A stretch of 63,832 bases of DNA, counting the filler. It is 6 parts of 6 records of this genome, joined end to end, with 100 filler letters (N's around TTAATTAATTAA, not from the genome) between each part and the next. Parts side by side here need not be neighbours in the genome. Positions count along the whole stretch, not along the records: positions 13,648 to 36,816 come from SRR22947727_3736; 5 more parts are not named here. One strand, written 5' to 3'. Under the pieces are notes generated by a model. It searched no databases. It was not told where the DNA came from and was given only the letters and a program-made list of their open reading frames with translations. This document shows positions 19,191-29,437 of this stretch, piece by piece. The number at the start of each line of letters is the position of its first letter. Within the stretch, counting starts at the first letter, position 1. The translations under genes and the position numbers were made by a program.

Positions 19191-19303
19191 AGAGTGTTGT
19201 TAAATGTTACAGCGGACCTAGATTCAAAGGATTATTTAAATCAATCTAAATTCACAATCTTATCTAGGCCGCTTTTCAAATTGCACTCTGTTGAGGACTA
19301 AGA

Positions 19304-19621
19304 ATGAATGTTTGTACTTTTACTGGATTTGTAGTTGACGCACCAGAGCTTTCGGTAGAGGATGGAGCCAGCGTAGTTGAACTAACCATCGTGTCGTATA
19401 CATACCGCCGATCTAAAGCTACAGGCGAAAAAACCAGAATACCAACCTATATTAATTTAGAGGCTTGGGCTTCAGGAGCAGAGACTATAGAAAAGTTAGT
19501 AGACAAGGGTACAAAGATAACGGTGTACTGCTCTGCTAGAAACGTATCTCAGGATGACTGCTCCATAGTCTTCAGGATTAATGAATTTGACATTTGTCAG
19601 CCTGACTGTCAGCAAGAATAG
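19304..19621 (+). CDS. ssb: Single-stranded DNA-binding protein (short, OB fold only)
   Basis: MNVCTFTGFVVDAPEL, TYINLEAW..GAETIEKLVDKGTKITV; RBS GAGG. Confidence 0.75.
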   Translation: MNVCTFTGFVVDAPELSVEDGASVVELTIVSYTYRRSKATGEKTRIPTYINLEAWASGAETIEKLVDKGTKITVYCSARNVSQDDCSIVFRINEFDICQPDCQQE

Positions 19622-19639
19622 CAGTTGTAAAGGATTAAT

Positions 19640-21322
19640 ATGAGAAAAAAGCGTATACTTTTTTGTAGCGAAGCGACCTTCCTAAATACGGGCTATGCTA
19701 CTTATACTAGAGAAATTCTCAATTACCTGCACTCTACTGGCAAGTATGAGATTGCAGAAATGGCATCTTACGGTCAACGTAACGACCCACGGGCAGCAAA
19801 CATACCGTGGAAGTATTATGGCGTTATGCCCAATGGAGACTGTGAACCAAAAGCCTCGGAAGAAGAACGCAGACAGTATGACTCAAAGGGTACTAACCAA
19901 TTTGGCGAGTGGATTTTTGAACACGTCTGTTTAGATTTTTTACCAGATATCGTCTGTGATATACGTGACTTCTGGATGTTAGATTTTGCAGAAAGGTCAC
20001 CATTCCGACCTTACTTTAAGTGGGCTATCATGCCTACTGTAGATGCGAGACCACAGGCTAGACAGTGGATCGCTACATACGCCTCTGCCGATGCCTGTTT
20101 TACATACTCAGATTGGGCGGGTGGTGTCTTGACGGACCAGTCGGGAGGAAAGATTAATTATCTAGGAAGCGCCCCGCCGTCAGCCCACCCCGCCTATCAT
20201 CCTGTTGAAGATAAGAAGGCTCATAAGCAAAAGTATGGGATAGACCCCGATTATAATATCATCGGAATGGTAGCGAGAAACCAACGTCGTAAGCTGTATC
20301 CTGATCTGTTTGAGGCTTTCAAAAAGTTCTTAGATCAAGCAAAGAGTAAAAAATACTACCTCTATTGCCATACTAGCTATCCAGACTTGGGCTGGGATAT
20401 TCCAGAACTCCTACAGCAGCACGAGCTATCGTCTCATGTGCTATTTACATACATATGCAACGAAACACAAAAGCCGTTCCCTTCGCTGTTTAAGGGGGCA
20501 GTGGCCCAATCCCCATTTACGGGCAAGTGGTGTGCCACACTATCAAACGTTAAAAACGGCGCGTCTTATGAGGATCTTTCCGAAATTGTAAATCTTTTTG
20601 ACCTCTATACTCAGTATGCCAACTGTGAGGGTTTTGGCTTGCCGTATGTAGAAGCTGCGGCTTGTGGCATACCAGTGTGCGGCACTGACTACTCCGCTAT
20701 GGAGAGTGAGATTAGAAAACTGGAAGGTTATCCTCTTAAACCAGCAGCCTTGTATAAGGAACTAGAGACGGGTTGTTTACGTGCAGTTCCCGACAACGAT
20801 GCGGCAGCTAAATTCTTTTTAAGTTTCTTCCAGGATAAAGACGACGAGGAACGTGCCAACGAGGGCAAATGGACGAGGGAAAACTTTGAGAAGCATTTCC
20901 AGTGGCATCTCAGTGGTAAAAAATGGGAAGACTATTTCGATAGCGTAGATCTGCCACCTACGGAGAGAAGTTGGGGCGCTCCACCAAGAATACACCAGCC
21001 AGAGCCGATGCCCCAGGACATGCCCGAAGGTATAGAACCCGCTCAATTAGCTAAGTGGCTGATAGCAAAAGTTCTTGGAGAGCCAGAGAAACTGAATACG
21101 TTCCTCGAAATGAGACTCACCAGAGACCTGATGTATAAAACTACAACCTCTATGACCGGAGGTATGTATTTTAATGAAGCTTCGGCAGCATTCGACAATC
21201 CAAATACTAGACAGCCCTTTAGCCTGGAAGATGCCTACAATAATTTTGCAGGGATGTGCGACAGAAGAAACCAATGGGAACAGGCTAGAGCCAATAGAAT
21301 GAAGCAACATAGTAATGCTTAA
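19640..21322 (+). CDS. GT4 (GT-B) glycosyltransferase
   Basis: TGYA.Y, RNQRRK.YPDLF and EGFGLPYVEAAACG. Confidence 0.85.
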   Translation: MRKKRILFCSEATFLNTGYATYTREILNYLHSTGKYEIAEMASYGQRNDPRAANIPWKYYGVMPNGDCEPKASEEERRQYDSKGTNQFGEWIFEHVCLDFLPDIVCDIRDFWMLDFAERSPFRPYFKWAIMPTVDARPQARQWIATYASADACFTYSDWAGGVLTDQSGGKINYLGSAPPSAHPAYHPVEDKKAHKQKYGIDPDYNIIGMVARNQRRKLYPDLFEAFKKFLDQAKSKKYYLYCHTSYPDLGWDIPELLQQHELSSHVLFTYICNETQKPFPSLFKGAVAQSPFTGKWCATLSNVKNGASYEDLSEIVNLFDLYTQYANCEGFGLPYVEAAACGIPVCGTDYSAMESEIRKLEGYPLKPAALYKELETGCLRAVPDNDAAAKFFLSFFQDKDDEERANEGKWTRENFEKHFQWHLSGKKWEDYFDSVDLPPTERSWGAPPRIHQPEPMPQDMPEGIEPAQLAKWLIAKVLGEPEKLNTFLEMRLTRDLMYKTTTSMTGGMYFNEASAAFDNPNTRQPFSLEDAYNNFAGMCDRRNQWEQARANRMKQHSNA

Positions 21323-22043
21323 GCTAGATAACGTTACACTACTAACGCTGTTCTGGGGAGATAATGACCACTCCTTGAATTCGATAAAATCCATGCAAAA
21401 TTGTATGAATAAAATCTCATTTGGTGAGAAGGTTATTATAACAGACGGCGATTCGGCAAAAAGACATGACGAATTTATACAAAAACACGACATCAAATAT
21501 ATCCCCATGCAGGACTCGATCTCATCGAACCTAAAGGATGACACACAACGAGAAAACTTTTCAAACACCTTTCTGCAAAAGTTAAAAGACAGTGTCGAGA
21601 CAGAGTTTTGTTTGAACATACAGTCCGACTCTACAATAATAGATGAAGAAAAATGGACAGACGATTTTCTTGAGTATGACTATATAGGTGCTCCTTGGCC
21701 CGAATATATTTTAAGGACAAGTGATATGTGTCAGGATAAAATCAAATGGTTTCCCAACGTCGTGGGAAATGGAGGGTTTTCCATAAGGAGCAAGCGGTTC
21801 ATAGACTCTTGTTTTAACTTAGAGACTTTTCATAAGAACGAGGATCTTAACGTTTGCATCTTCAATTATTACAATATGGTAAACAGGGGTGTAAAATTTG
21901 CGCCAAAAGAGTTAGCATACAAGTTCTCTGTTGAGCACCCAATAAACACCCTGGGATCTTATGACAGGAATATTTTGTCTACGTATAAGTCATTTGGTTT
22001 TCACGGAGACTTTAACCCGGCTGGGATGGAAAAGATACTATGA
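21315..22043 (+). CDS. DUF5672-like putative glycosyltransferase
   Basis: IQSDS, FLEYDYIGAPW, VGNGGFSIRSK, NED and FGFHG. Confidence 0.75.
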   Translation: MLKLDNVTLLTLFWGDNDHSLNSIKSMQNCMNKISFGEKVIITDGDSAKRHDEFIQKHDIKYIPMQDSISSNLKDDTQRENFSNTFLQKLKDSVETEFCLNIQSDSTIIDEEKWTDDFLEYDYIGAPWPEYILRTSDMCQDKIKWFPNVVGNGGFSIRSKRFIDSCFNLETFHKNEDLNVCIFNYYNMVNRGVKFAPKELAYKFSVEHPINTLGSYDRNILSTYKSFGFHGDFNPAGMEKIL

Positions 22044-22603
22044 AAACACTTAGAGAGCTTATTGATACAGGCGACTACAAGACGGACAAGGATACTACCC
22101 ATGCTTACATATTTCCGTATGATAAAGCTTTTGAAAAGTATAGAGACAAAACAGTCTCTCTTCTAGAAATAGGAAACAACGGGGGAGAATCTATTAAGCT
22201 GTGGAACGACTACTTTAACGAGTCGCAGATCTTCGGCATAGAAATCAATGACCTAAAAGAGTTAGACGAAATAAATGCACAGCATGAAAATATAAACCTT
22301 TACACAAAAACAGACGCCTATTGCGATGAAACGGTAGACCTTTTCCGTAAAGATGATCATAAATTTGACATTATAATAGATGACGGTTCTCACAGACCAG
22401 AACATCAGGCTTTTGCTGTTATCAAATGGCTTCCATTCTTAAAAGAGGGTGGTGTTTTTATTATTGAAGATGTACAGTCATTCGAAATAGCCCAATACCT
22501 GATGTCGCTTATACCAGAAGAACTACTAGACCGATCAATGGTAGTAGACAGAAGACACGTAAAGGGCAGATACGACGACGTAATGATTATTGTAGAAGGA
22601 TAA
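22040..22603 (+). CDS. Sugar O-methyltransferase (MycE-like class I SAM MTase)
   Basis: TDK..THAY, LLEIG, FDIIIDDGSH and GGVFIIEDV. Confidence 0.8.
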   Translation: MKTLRELIDTGDYKTDKDTTHAYIFPYDKAFEKYRDKTVSLLEIGNNGGESIKLWNDYFNESQIFGIEINDLKELDEINAQHENINLYTKTDAYCDETVDLFRKDDHKFDIIIDDGSHRPEHQAFAVIKWLPFLKEGGVFIIEDVQSFEIAQYLMSLIPEELLDRSMVVDRRHVKGRYDDVMIIVEG

Positions 22604-22626
22604 AAACACACTTAGAAGGGTTGATT

Positions 22627-23754
22627 ATGAAAGTTCTCTACATTAGCTACTACAAAGAAGACAACTCAGATTGGGCTGCTTCTGCAATTAATAATATGCT
22701 AGCCTTAGACAGGGCTGGAGTTGACGTTGTTGCTAGAAACGTGACAATAACATCAGACGGTAAAAACCTACTACCCAAGATAAAACAGCTTCAAGCAAAA
22801 TCCACAGAAGGTTGTGACATCTGTATCCAACATGTGCTTCCACATCACCTAGTGGGTACGGATAAATTCAAAAAGAATATAGCGTACTTTTCTTCGGAAT
22901 CCACAAGTATTAAACATCTACCTTGGTTTAATAACCTCCAACTGGTAGATGAAGTATGGGTTCCTAACGAGCAAAGTAAACAGTCCCTGCTGGACGACAA
23001 GGTCGGAGTACGAGTAAGGGTAGCTCCTAACTCCTTTAATATCGAGAACTACACCAAGAAGTATGAAGACATCCAAATACCACAGGCAAAAGATAAGTTC
23101 AAGTTTTACCATATTGGAGACCTGAATGAAAGACAGAATATTGACGCCGTAATAAGATGCTTTCATGCAGAATTTGACAAGTCCGAGCAGGCATGTTTAA
23201 TACTCAAAGTAAAGAAGGCAGGGTATAACTCAGAGCAAGTCCAACACTCCGTAGATCAAAAGATAGTTGCTATTAAAAATTCATTAAGGATTTACAGGGA
23301 CGTTTCTGAGTATAACAAAGATATCATTATTTCAGAAGATGTAGATTCAGAAAAAATATATGCACTTCACCAAAATTGTGACTGCTTTGTAAACCCTTCT
23401 CGTGGCGAGGCGTGGTCTACTCCTTCATTCGAAGCGATGGCATTCGGCAATACACCTATCTGTTCAGACTTTGGTGGCCCTAGAGACTTCATAGATAAAC
23501 AGGATCACCTTACTGGAAAACTGGTAGGAGGATCTTATGCTACTTGCCAGTGTTCAGACTCAGCTTTTCCTGATATGTTTACGGGCAGAGAGTACTGGTT
23601 CAGCCCATGCGATATGGAGACCAGGAAGGCGATGAGGTTTTACTATGAGAACCAAGATAAAAAGAGAGACAAAAAGATTGGCGGATTGACGAGAGCGAAA
23701 GTATTCTCATACGAAAACGTTGGCGGTCTAATGAAGGGTTTTTTAAATGAGTAA
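22627..23754 (+). CDS. GT4-like glycosyltransferase
   Basis: DEVWVP and CDCFVNPSRGEAWSTPSFEAMAFG. Confidence 0.8.
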   Translation: MKVLYISYYKEDNSDWAASAINNMLALDRAGVDVVARNVTITSDGKNLLPKIKQLQAKSTEGCDICIQHVLPHHLVGTDKFKKNIAYFSSESTSIKHLPWFNNLQLVDEVWVPNEQSKQSLLDDKVGVRVRVAPNSFNIENYTKKYEDIQIPQAKDKFKFYHIGDLNERQNIDAVIRCFHAEFDKSEQACLILKVKKAGYNSEQVQHSVDQKIVAIKNSLRIYRDVSEYNKDIIISEDVDSEKIYALHQNCDCFVNPSRGEAWSTPSFEAMAFGNTPICSDFGGPRDFIDKQDHLTGKLVGGSYATCQCSDSAFPDMFTGREYWFSPCDMETRKAMRFYYENQDKKRDKKIGGLTRAKVFSYENVGGLMKGFLNE

Positions 23755-24745
23755 CAATCAGGTGGCATCGATTATAAGCAAAAGTACCTGTAAGAAAAAG
23801 ACTTATAATATTCTTACGTTTAACACTCATGAAAGATACCAAACCCAGCTAGCAAAAACGGGGCATAACTTCTATGCTTTTAACGCTGATGGTATGAAAG
23901 AGTGGATTCCGGGTCATGGAGGTATCCCCGAGAATTACTATAACTTGCCCAAGAATTCAATCTACACTGGTCTTGATTTTGATTTTATATTAGCCCAGAG
24001 TAAATTTGGACAAATGCAAGCTGCTCACCAAATAAACCAAATGCTAAACCTGCCGATTGTAGCCTTAGAGCATACCCTACCCGTCCAGAATTGGACAAAC
24101 GAGCAACTCTCACAGATGAAGCAGATGACTGGAGATGTCAACGTTTTTATCTCTGAATACTCTGCAAAACAATGGGGACCAACAGGGTCACGAGAAGTTG
24201 TCTTACACTCGATAGATACAGAACTTTTTAAACCACAGGAGGGGCTAGAAAGAAAACCTCAAGTCTTAAGTGTTGTTCATAATTTTATAGATAGGGACTA
24301 CTGCTGCAATTACAGCGGTTGGCAAAGAATAACAAAGCCCGATGAAATAAAAACAAGAGTCGTTGGAGATACTCCGGGGTTATCAAAGCAGTCTGACTCT
24401 ATACAGGATCTAGTAAGTGAATATCAATCCTCCCAAATATTTCTAAACACCTCTACACTGAGTCCTATACCTATGGCGCTGCTAGAAGCTATGGCTTGTG
24501 GCTGTGCGGTTGTAACAACGGCTACCTGCATGATCCCAGAGATAATTGAAGATGGAGTTAATGGATACATTTCTAACGACGAAGATCAACTACAGTCTAG
24601 CATACAGAACCTATTAAACAATCCCGGCCTTGCCAAAGAACTTGGTGAAAATGCCAGACAAACAATAATAGAAAAGTTCAATGAAGATTCATTTGTAGGT
24701 AACTGGAACAATATCTTTAACAAGGCATATGGACTTAAAAAATGA
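23747..24745 (+). CDS. GT4-like glycosyltransferase
   Basis: FNTHERYQ and FLNTS..SPIPMALLEAMACG..VV....IPEIIEDGVNG. Confidence 0.82.
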   Translation: MSNNQVASIISKSTCKKKTYNILTFNTHERYQTQLAKTGHNFYAFNADGMKEWIPGHGGIPENYYNLPKNSIYTGLDFDFILAQSKFGQMQAAHQINQMLNLPIVALEHTLPVQNWTNEQLSQMKQMTGDVNVFISEYSAKQWGPTGSREVVLHSIDTELFKPQEGLERKPQVLSVVHNFIDRDYCCNYSGWQRITKPDEIKTRVVGDTPGLSKQSDSIQDLVSEYQSSQIFLNTSTLSPIPMALLEAMACGCAVVTTATCMIPEIIEDGVNGYISNDEDQLQSSIQNLLNNPGLAKELGENARQTIIEKFNEDSFVGNWNNIFNKAYGLKK

Positions 24746-25164
24746 AAATACATATTATAAAGCAGGGCGAGACGGCCATCGAAGGCTATAAAAAGATAGA
24801 ATTACTTCCTGGGTTTATGCTGCTTGGGCTGGATGAGGTCTCAGATAATGAGGCTGATGTGATCTTCGCAAACGACATACTAGACGCATTACCGGCCAAT
24901 GTCATCCAACAAACTGTATCCCAGCTAGCTACCAAGCTAAGACTTGGGGGAACCCTCACTGTAGGTGGAACAGAGTTAAGAACATTCACAAAAAATGTAA
25001 CCAATCAAACGATACCAGAAGAACAAGCGGTAGACATTATAAGGAATAGTCAATCTATGGTAAACGTAAACAAGCTATCTGATCTAATGCGTTCAATGGG
25101 ACTAGAGATAGAGACTACAACCATTAACGGGTTGCACTGTGAGGTGAAATGTGTCAGAAACTAA
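24742..25164 (+). CDS. Hypothetical protein, possible methyltransferase-fold fragment
   Basis: 140 aa, ADVIFANDILD and KLRLGGTL; translationally coupled. Confidence 0.45.
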   Translation: MKIHIIKQGETAIEGYKKIELLPGFMLLGLDEVSDNEADVIFANDILDALPANVIQQTVSQLATKLRLGGTLTVGGTELRTFTKNVTNQTIPEEQAVDIIRNSQSMVNVNKLSDLMRSMGLEIETTTINGLHCEVKCVRN

Positions 25165-25951
25165 AACAGAAGCAACAACATTGCATACAGACTGTCGGCA
25201 TTGTCTCTGGGCGATAGAAGACAAAAAAGACGACCAAAAAGGATGTCTTGCGAATAGACTAAATACATTTAGAAAAGCTGGGCTGGGTGTAAAAAAAACA
25301 GACGGCTACTACCAGATAGATAGAATCTGCAATCTACACAGGACTAAGGATTGGTCCCATTACGACGAGGACTTCGAGGATGCAAACTTATTTGATAAGG
25401 ACGATCTTTACCTAACCAAAGCTTCTAATGAAATTAAAACGACTTTTGGTATCGTTATATACGACTCTGAAAAGACACACGAAAAACTAGAACAGACAGC
25501 GTCATCTATAGCAGACACGACATACGATAAAACAAAGATCAATATTGTTATATCAGCAACAGAACGCAAAGAAGGGGTTCATGAATATATTAGGATTGTA
25601 GAATCGTTAAAAGCAGACGGGTTTAGTGTTGAACTAATCCTAAACTCAGATTTTAGCCCTAAAAACCTAAGAGACTTCGAAGCTTTTAACAGGTGTGCGA
25701 ATTATGACTATCTTGCAGCCTGTGACAGCGGAGCTACAATTGCTGCGGGCACACTATCTAGAATAGAAGAGACACTAAATGGAAATCTAGAAAAGGTAGT
25801 AACGTTCTCTCAGAATTCCCTATTCGGAAGGGTGGACTTTGTTATGAAGTCTATAGCAAGTTCGGAGTACCTAAAATATAACGACTTTCAAAAAATGCTA
25901 GACTCAGTTAAAGAACTATGTATTGAAAACAAAATGCATAGGGAACTTTAA
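25151..25951 (+). CDS. Hypothetical protein (N-terminal Cys cluster; possible degenerate GT-A fold)
   Basis: 266 aa, CRHC...GC...C; coupled within the operon. Confidence 0.45.
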   Translation: MSETKTEATTLHTDCRHCLWAIEDKKDDQKGCLANRLNTFRKAGLGVKKTDGYYQIDRICNLHRTKDWSHYDEDFEDANLFDKDDLYLTKASNEIKTTFGIVIYDSEKTHEKLEQTASSIADTTYDKTKINIVISATERKEGVHEYIRIVESLKADGFSVELILNSDFSPKNLRDFEAFNRCANYDYLAACDSGATIAAGTLSRIEETLNGNLEKVVTFSQNSLFGRVDFVMKSIASSEYLKYNDFQKMLDSVKELCIENKMHREL

Positions 25952-26694
25952 TGAGAAAAAAGTCCAACTTCATAACAACACCAAGATCTTCACCTAAAAA
26001 AAACAAGAAACACTTTATCACAGTAGTCTTGTTGAGTGAAAATCACGGCTATAGAATGAAGTCAAAAGGGGCTATACCACTAGTAGATATAAACGGGACT
26101 ACGCTTTTAGATAGGCAAATAAATGCAATAAAGGCCGTATTCCAGAACTTTGAAATAATCCTGTGCTGCGGGTACGACTCAGGAGCCGTATTCCAACACG
26201 TAAAAGAAAAATATAAAACACTTAACATTAGAATAGTAGAGAACCAAGTATATGAAAATTCTAACTGCTGTGAGAGCGCAAGACTGGCAATTAACAACAC
26301 CCTGAACAATAAGATCATTTTATGTAGTGGCAGCGTGCTACTACTAGCAGAGCACTTGAGAGCAATAGACTTAGACCAAAGCTCCATACTGATTCAGCCA
26401 GCGAGTAAAAAGCTGGAAGATTTTAACATAGGCGTAGTAAGTCAAGACGAAAAAGTTAAAAATATGTCCCTTGGGGTAAAAGAAAAAAAGTGGTTAGAGC
26501 TTTGTTACCTATCCGTCAAACATGACGTAAGAGCATTTCATAGTATAGTAGAGTCAATTGAGTTTAAAAATAAATTTCTGTTCGAGGCTATCAACGAGTT
26601 TATAAAGTCAAAGAGTCTGACAACAACAGAAGTCGAAAAAATCAAAAGTTATAAGATACACAGTATTAAATCCCTAAAGAAGGTGGACATATGA
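25951..26694 (+). CDS. Nucleotidyltransferase-fold protein (LicC/MobA-like, degenerate)
   Basis: VVLL...GYRMKSKG..PL..ING..LLDRQI, CCGY and IVEN. Confidence 0.65.
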   Translation: MRKKSNFITTPRSSPKKNKKHFITVVLLSENHGYRMKSKGAIPLVDINGTTLLDRQINAIKAVFQNFEIILCCGYDSGAVFQHVKEKYKTLNIRIVENQVYENSNCCESARLAINNTLNNKIILCSGSVLLLAEHLRAIDLDQSSILIQPASKKLEDFNIGVVSQDEKVKNMSLGVKEKKWLELCYLSVKHDVRAFHSIVESIEFKNKFLFEAINEFIKSKSLTTTEVEKIKSYKIHSIKSLKKVDI

Positions 26695-27545
26695 GAGTTC
26701 TAATAGACAACTACTCCTCTAGAACAAGCACTGAACCGATCTACTTTGAACAAACGATGAAGAGGGTTGGAATCGAGGCTGTTGTATGGAACAGAAATCA
26801 GATCAGTACCTACGACGTATTCGACAGGGTTCAGCCAGACCTCTTTATTACCCATCACAACCACCTAGATAACGATGTTATAAAATACTTGTTCGGCTCT
26901 ACAAAACCGTTGAACCTAGTGCTAAATGTAACCGGCCTCGATGAAGAAAAATCAGTAGCACTAAACCAACTACTGCAAGACCTGAAAACAAAGAAAGTAA
27001 ACGCACCCTTTGTTTTTTCAAACACTCCAGAGGGAATACCAGAAGCTAGATTGAAAGATTTTAAGACTCATAGTATACTACCTGGGGCCGATCTCTTTAT
27101 TCCTAACCATTCCGGCTTAGATTTCGAAATAGATGCAGCCAGGGTTTATATGAGCGAGCTAGACCACGACTTCAACGGGGAACACGATACGTACCACAAT
27201 ATAGAGATAGGAGAGAAAACTGAATTCTCTGACTTCTCTGCTACGGCGGTGGACATGATGCCTCTCTACTTAAAGTACAAACAGGTATGCTTTATCGGAA
27301 AACCGGAACATCTTGTTTCTCAGCTTTTGTTTGACGCTAAAATACGACACGACAACGTAACGCTATTGTCAGACGACCAGGAAAGGCTCGATACCATTCT
27401 GGAGGGCGTGTACAAAACCGACCTTGCGTCCCCTCAAGATATAAAAACTAGACACACCTGTCTACATAGAACAAAAAGATTGCTATCTAAGTTAAAAGTA
27501 GATTTCAACCAGCAGGCTCTAGAACAAATGATAGGGAGCTTATAG
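26691..27545 (+). CDS. Hypothetical protein (possible degenerate GT-B/CgeB-like)
   Basis: 284 aa; C-terminal HTCLHRTKRLL resembles CgeB-type ends. Confidence 0.45.
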   Translation: MRVLIDNYSSRTSTEPIYFEQTMKRVGIEAVVWNRNQISTYDVFDRVQPDLFITHHNHLDNDVIKYLFGSTKPLNLVLNVTGLDEEKSVALNQLLQDLKTKKVNAPFVFSNTPEGIPEARLKDFKTHSILPGADLFIPNHSGLDFEIDAARVYMSELDHDFNGEHDTYHNIEIGEKTEFSDFSATAVDMMPLYLKYKQVCFIGKPEHLVSQLLFDAKIRHDNVTLLSDDQERLDTILEGVYKTDLASPQDIKTRHTCLHRTKRLLSKLKVDFNQQALEQMIGSL

Positions 27546-28261
27546 TGAAGCTGCTAATACAATTTCCAACACTAGCTAGACCAGAAAAGTTCTTGAAGTG
27601 TCTCGATAAATACGTAGACATGGCGAGCACTCGTCATCAATTGTTTTTTAACGTAAACTGTGACGCCGACGACCTCAGTATGAACAGTAGCGGTACGAAG
27701 AGAATGATCGCGGGCATTATCTATGGCTATCACTACACAGACGGCCAGATCAACTTTGACAAGAACACCGAGAAGATTAGTGCCATAAATTCCCACATTG
27801 ATGACTGTCATTTCGATTTTGACATTGTAATCTGCGCTTCAGATGATATGATACCACTTGAATACGGCTGGGACGATGAGATAGCTTCGGCTATGACTAA
27901 AAATTTTCCCGACCTTGACGGATGTACCCACTTTAACGATGGGTATACTCACAATAAACTAATCACCTTTTCTATACTAGGCAGAAAGCTTTATGAACAC
28001 TTTGGATATGTGTATCACCCAGACTATAAGAGTCTGTACTGCGACAACGAATTCACACAAGAGGTTATTAGACTTGGAAAAGTTGCCTACATAAACAAGG
28101 TTATTATCAGACATGAACACTACGGCGAAGAGGGGAATAGCAATACTGGCGATGTAGATTTTGCAGCGCAGAAAACCCTACATTACGCAGGTAGGGACGG
28201 GGCGGTATTTAGGAGCAGAGAAGAAAGAGGGTTTCCTAGAGGGAGAATAACAAGTGACTAA
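27545..28261 (+). CDS. GT-A (GT2-like) glycosyltransferase
   Basis: FPTLARP, ASDDM.P..GWD, YHPDYKSLYCDNE and IRHEH. Confidence 0.7.
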   Translation: MKLLIQFPTLARPEKFLKCLDKYVDMASTRHQLFFNVNCDADDLSMNSSGTKRMIAGIIYGYHYTDGQINFDKNTEKISAINSHIDDCHFDFDIVICASDDMIPLEYGWDDEIASAMTKNFPDLDGCTHFNDGYTHNKLITFSILGRKLYEHFGYVYHPDYKSLYCDNEFTQEVIRLGKVAYINKVIIRHEHYGEEGNSNTGDVDFAAQKTLHYAGRDGAVFRSREERGFPRGRITSD

Positions 28262-28880
28262 AATAATATCCTTTAGCCTGTGGGGTCACGACCCAAAGTA
28301 TACAGTTGGCGCAATAAGGAATTCAGAGCTATCCAAGGAGATTTATCCGAGTTGGACTTGTAGGTTTTATGTGGGAGAAAATGTAACCGAAGAAATAAAA
28401 ACCCAACTTTTAGATAATGGGGCAGAGGTTAAAGAAATGGGAGGAGCAGACTGGAACGGTATGCTTTGGAGATTCTTTGCCGCTGAAAATGCAGACATAA
28501 TGATTTCTAGAGATACAGATTCTCGCCTTAGCCTTAGAGAAAGGGCTGCTGTCGATGAGTGGCTTGCTAGCGATAAGGACTTTCACATAATGAGAGACCA
28601 CCCCTACCACAAGACAGAGATTCTTGGTGGTATGTGGGGCTGTAGGAATGGTATTCTTGACAATATCAAGGAAATGATTCACGATTACGATATGGGTGAA
28701 TATAGTAATAAGTATCAAGTCGATCAAAACTTTCTAAGAGAGGCCGTTTACCCAATAGTAAAAGACAACTCTATGATTCATGACGAATTTTTTGAAAAGA
28801 AACCATTTCCAACATCAAGGATTAACTCGCAGGATTTTGTTGGTCAAGTTTACGACGAAAATGAGGTTACACAATTTTGA
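28254..28880 (+). CDS. Conserved putative glycosyltransferase
   Basis: ISFSLWG...Y..GA, WRF, SRDTDSR, HIMRDHP.H..ILGGMWG and DQ.FL. Confidence 0.6.
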   Translation: MTKIISFSLWGHDPKYTVGAIRNSELSKEIYPSWTCRFYVGENVTEEIKTQLLDNGAEVKEMGGADWNGMLWRFFAAENADIMISRDTDSRLSLRERAAVDEWLASDKDFHIMRDHPYHKTEILGGMWGCRNGILDNIKEMIHDYDMGEYSNKYQVDQNFLREAVYPIVKDNSMIHDEFFEKKPFPTSRINSQDFVGQVYDENEVTQF

Positions 28881-29437
28881 ATATATTTCAAATAGGAACG
28901 TGCAAGGGTAATGACGACGTTACAGAACTTGTCAGACAATGCGACCCAGAATTAATCGTGCTAGTGGAACCAAACTCGTTCCACAACGAAGATATTTTAA
29001 AATGCTACGAAGGTGTTGGAGGTGTACACTTAGAGAATATTGTAATCACCAACAATGAGTTCCAAGATAAAGCGTATTTTTACTACCATGAAAAAGATGG
29101 GCCTTTGTACGAAGTCGCGTCTCTTGACTTGTACCACATACTAAAACATGGATATAGCCGAGGAGGCATCAAAGCAAATGAAATACCAGCCATGACAGCA
29201 CGTCAGCTTTTTGATAAGTATAATTGTTCAGATATTGACATTCTTTTTGTGGACGCCGAAGGTTTCGATGATGCCATCGTTAGATCGATTGATTTAAGTA
29301 AGTATAATATTAATAAAATATATTATGAAAACCTACACTTAAAAACAGATCTAAATCAGTATTTGAGTATAAATGGTTATGAAGTTACTATCGGAGTGGG
29401 TTATAACCAATGGTCAAACATGGCGGTTAAAAAATGA
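28877..29437 (+). CDS. FkbM-family methyltransferase
   Basis: FQIG...G.D, LVEPN and IDILFVDAEGFD. Confidence 0.8.
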   Translation: MNIFQIGTCKGNDDVTELVRQCDPELIVLVEPNSFHNEDILKCYEGVGGVHLENIVITNNEFQDKAYFYYHEKDGPLYEVASLDLYHILKHGYSRGGIKANEIPAMTARQLFDKYNCSDIDILFVDAEGFDDAIVRSIDLSKYNINKIYYENLHLKTDLNQYLSINGYEVTIGVGYNQWSNMAVKK

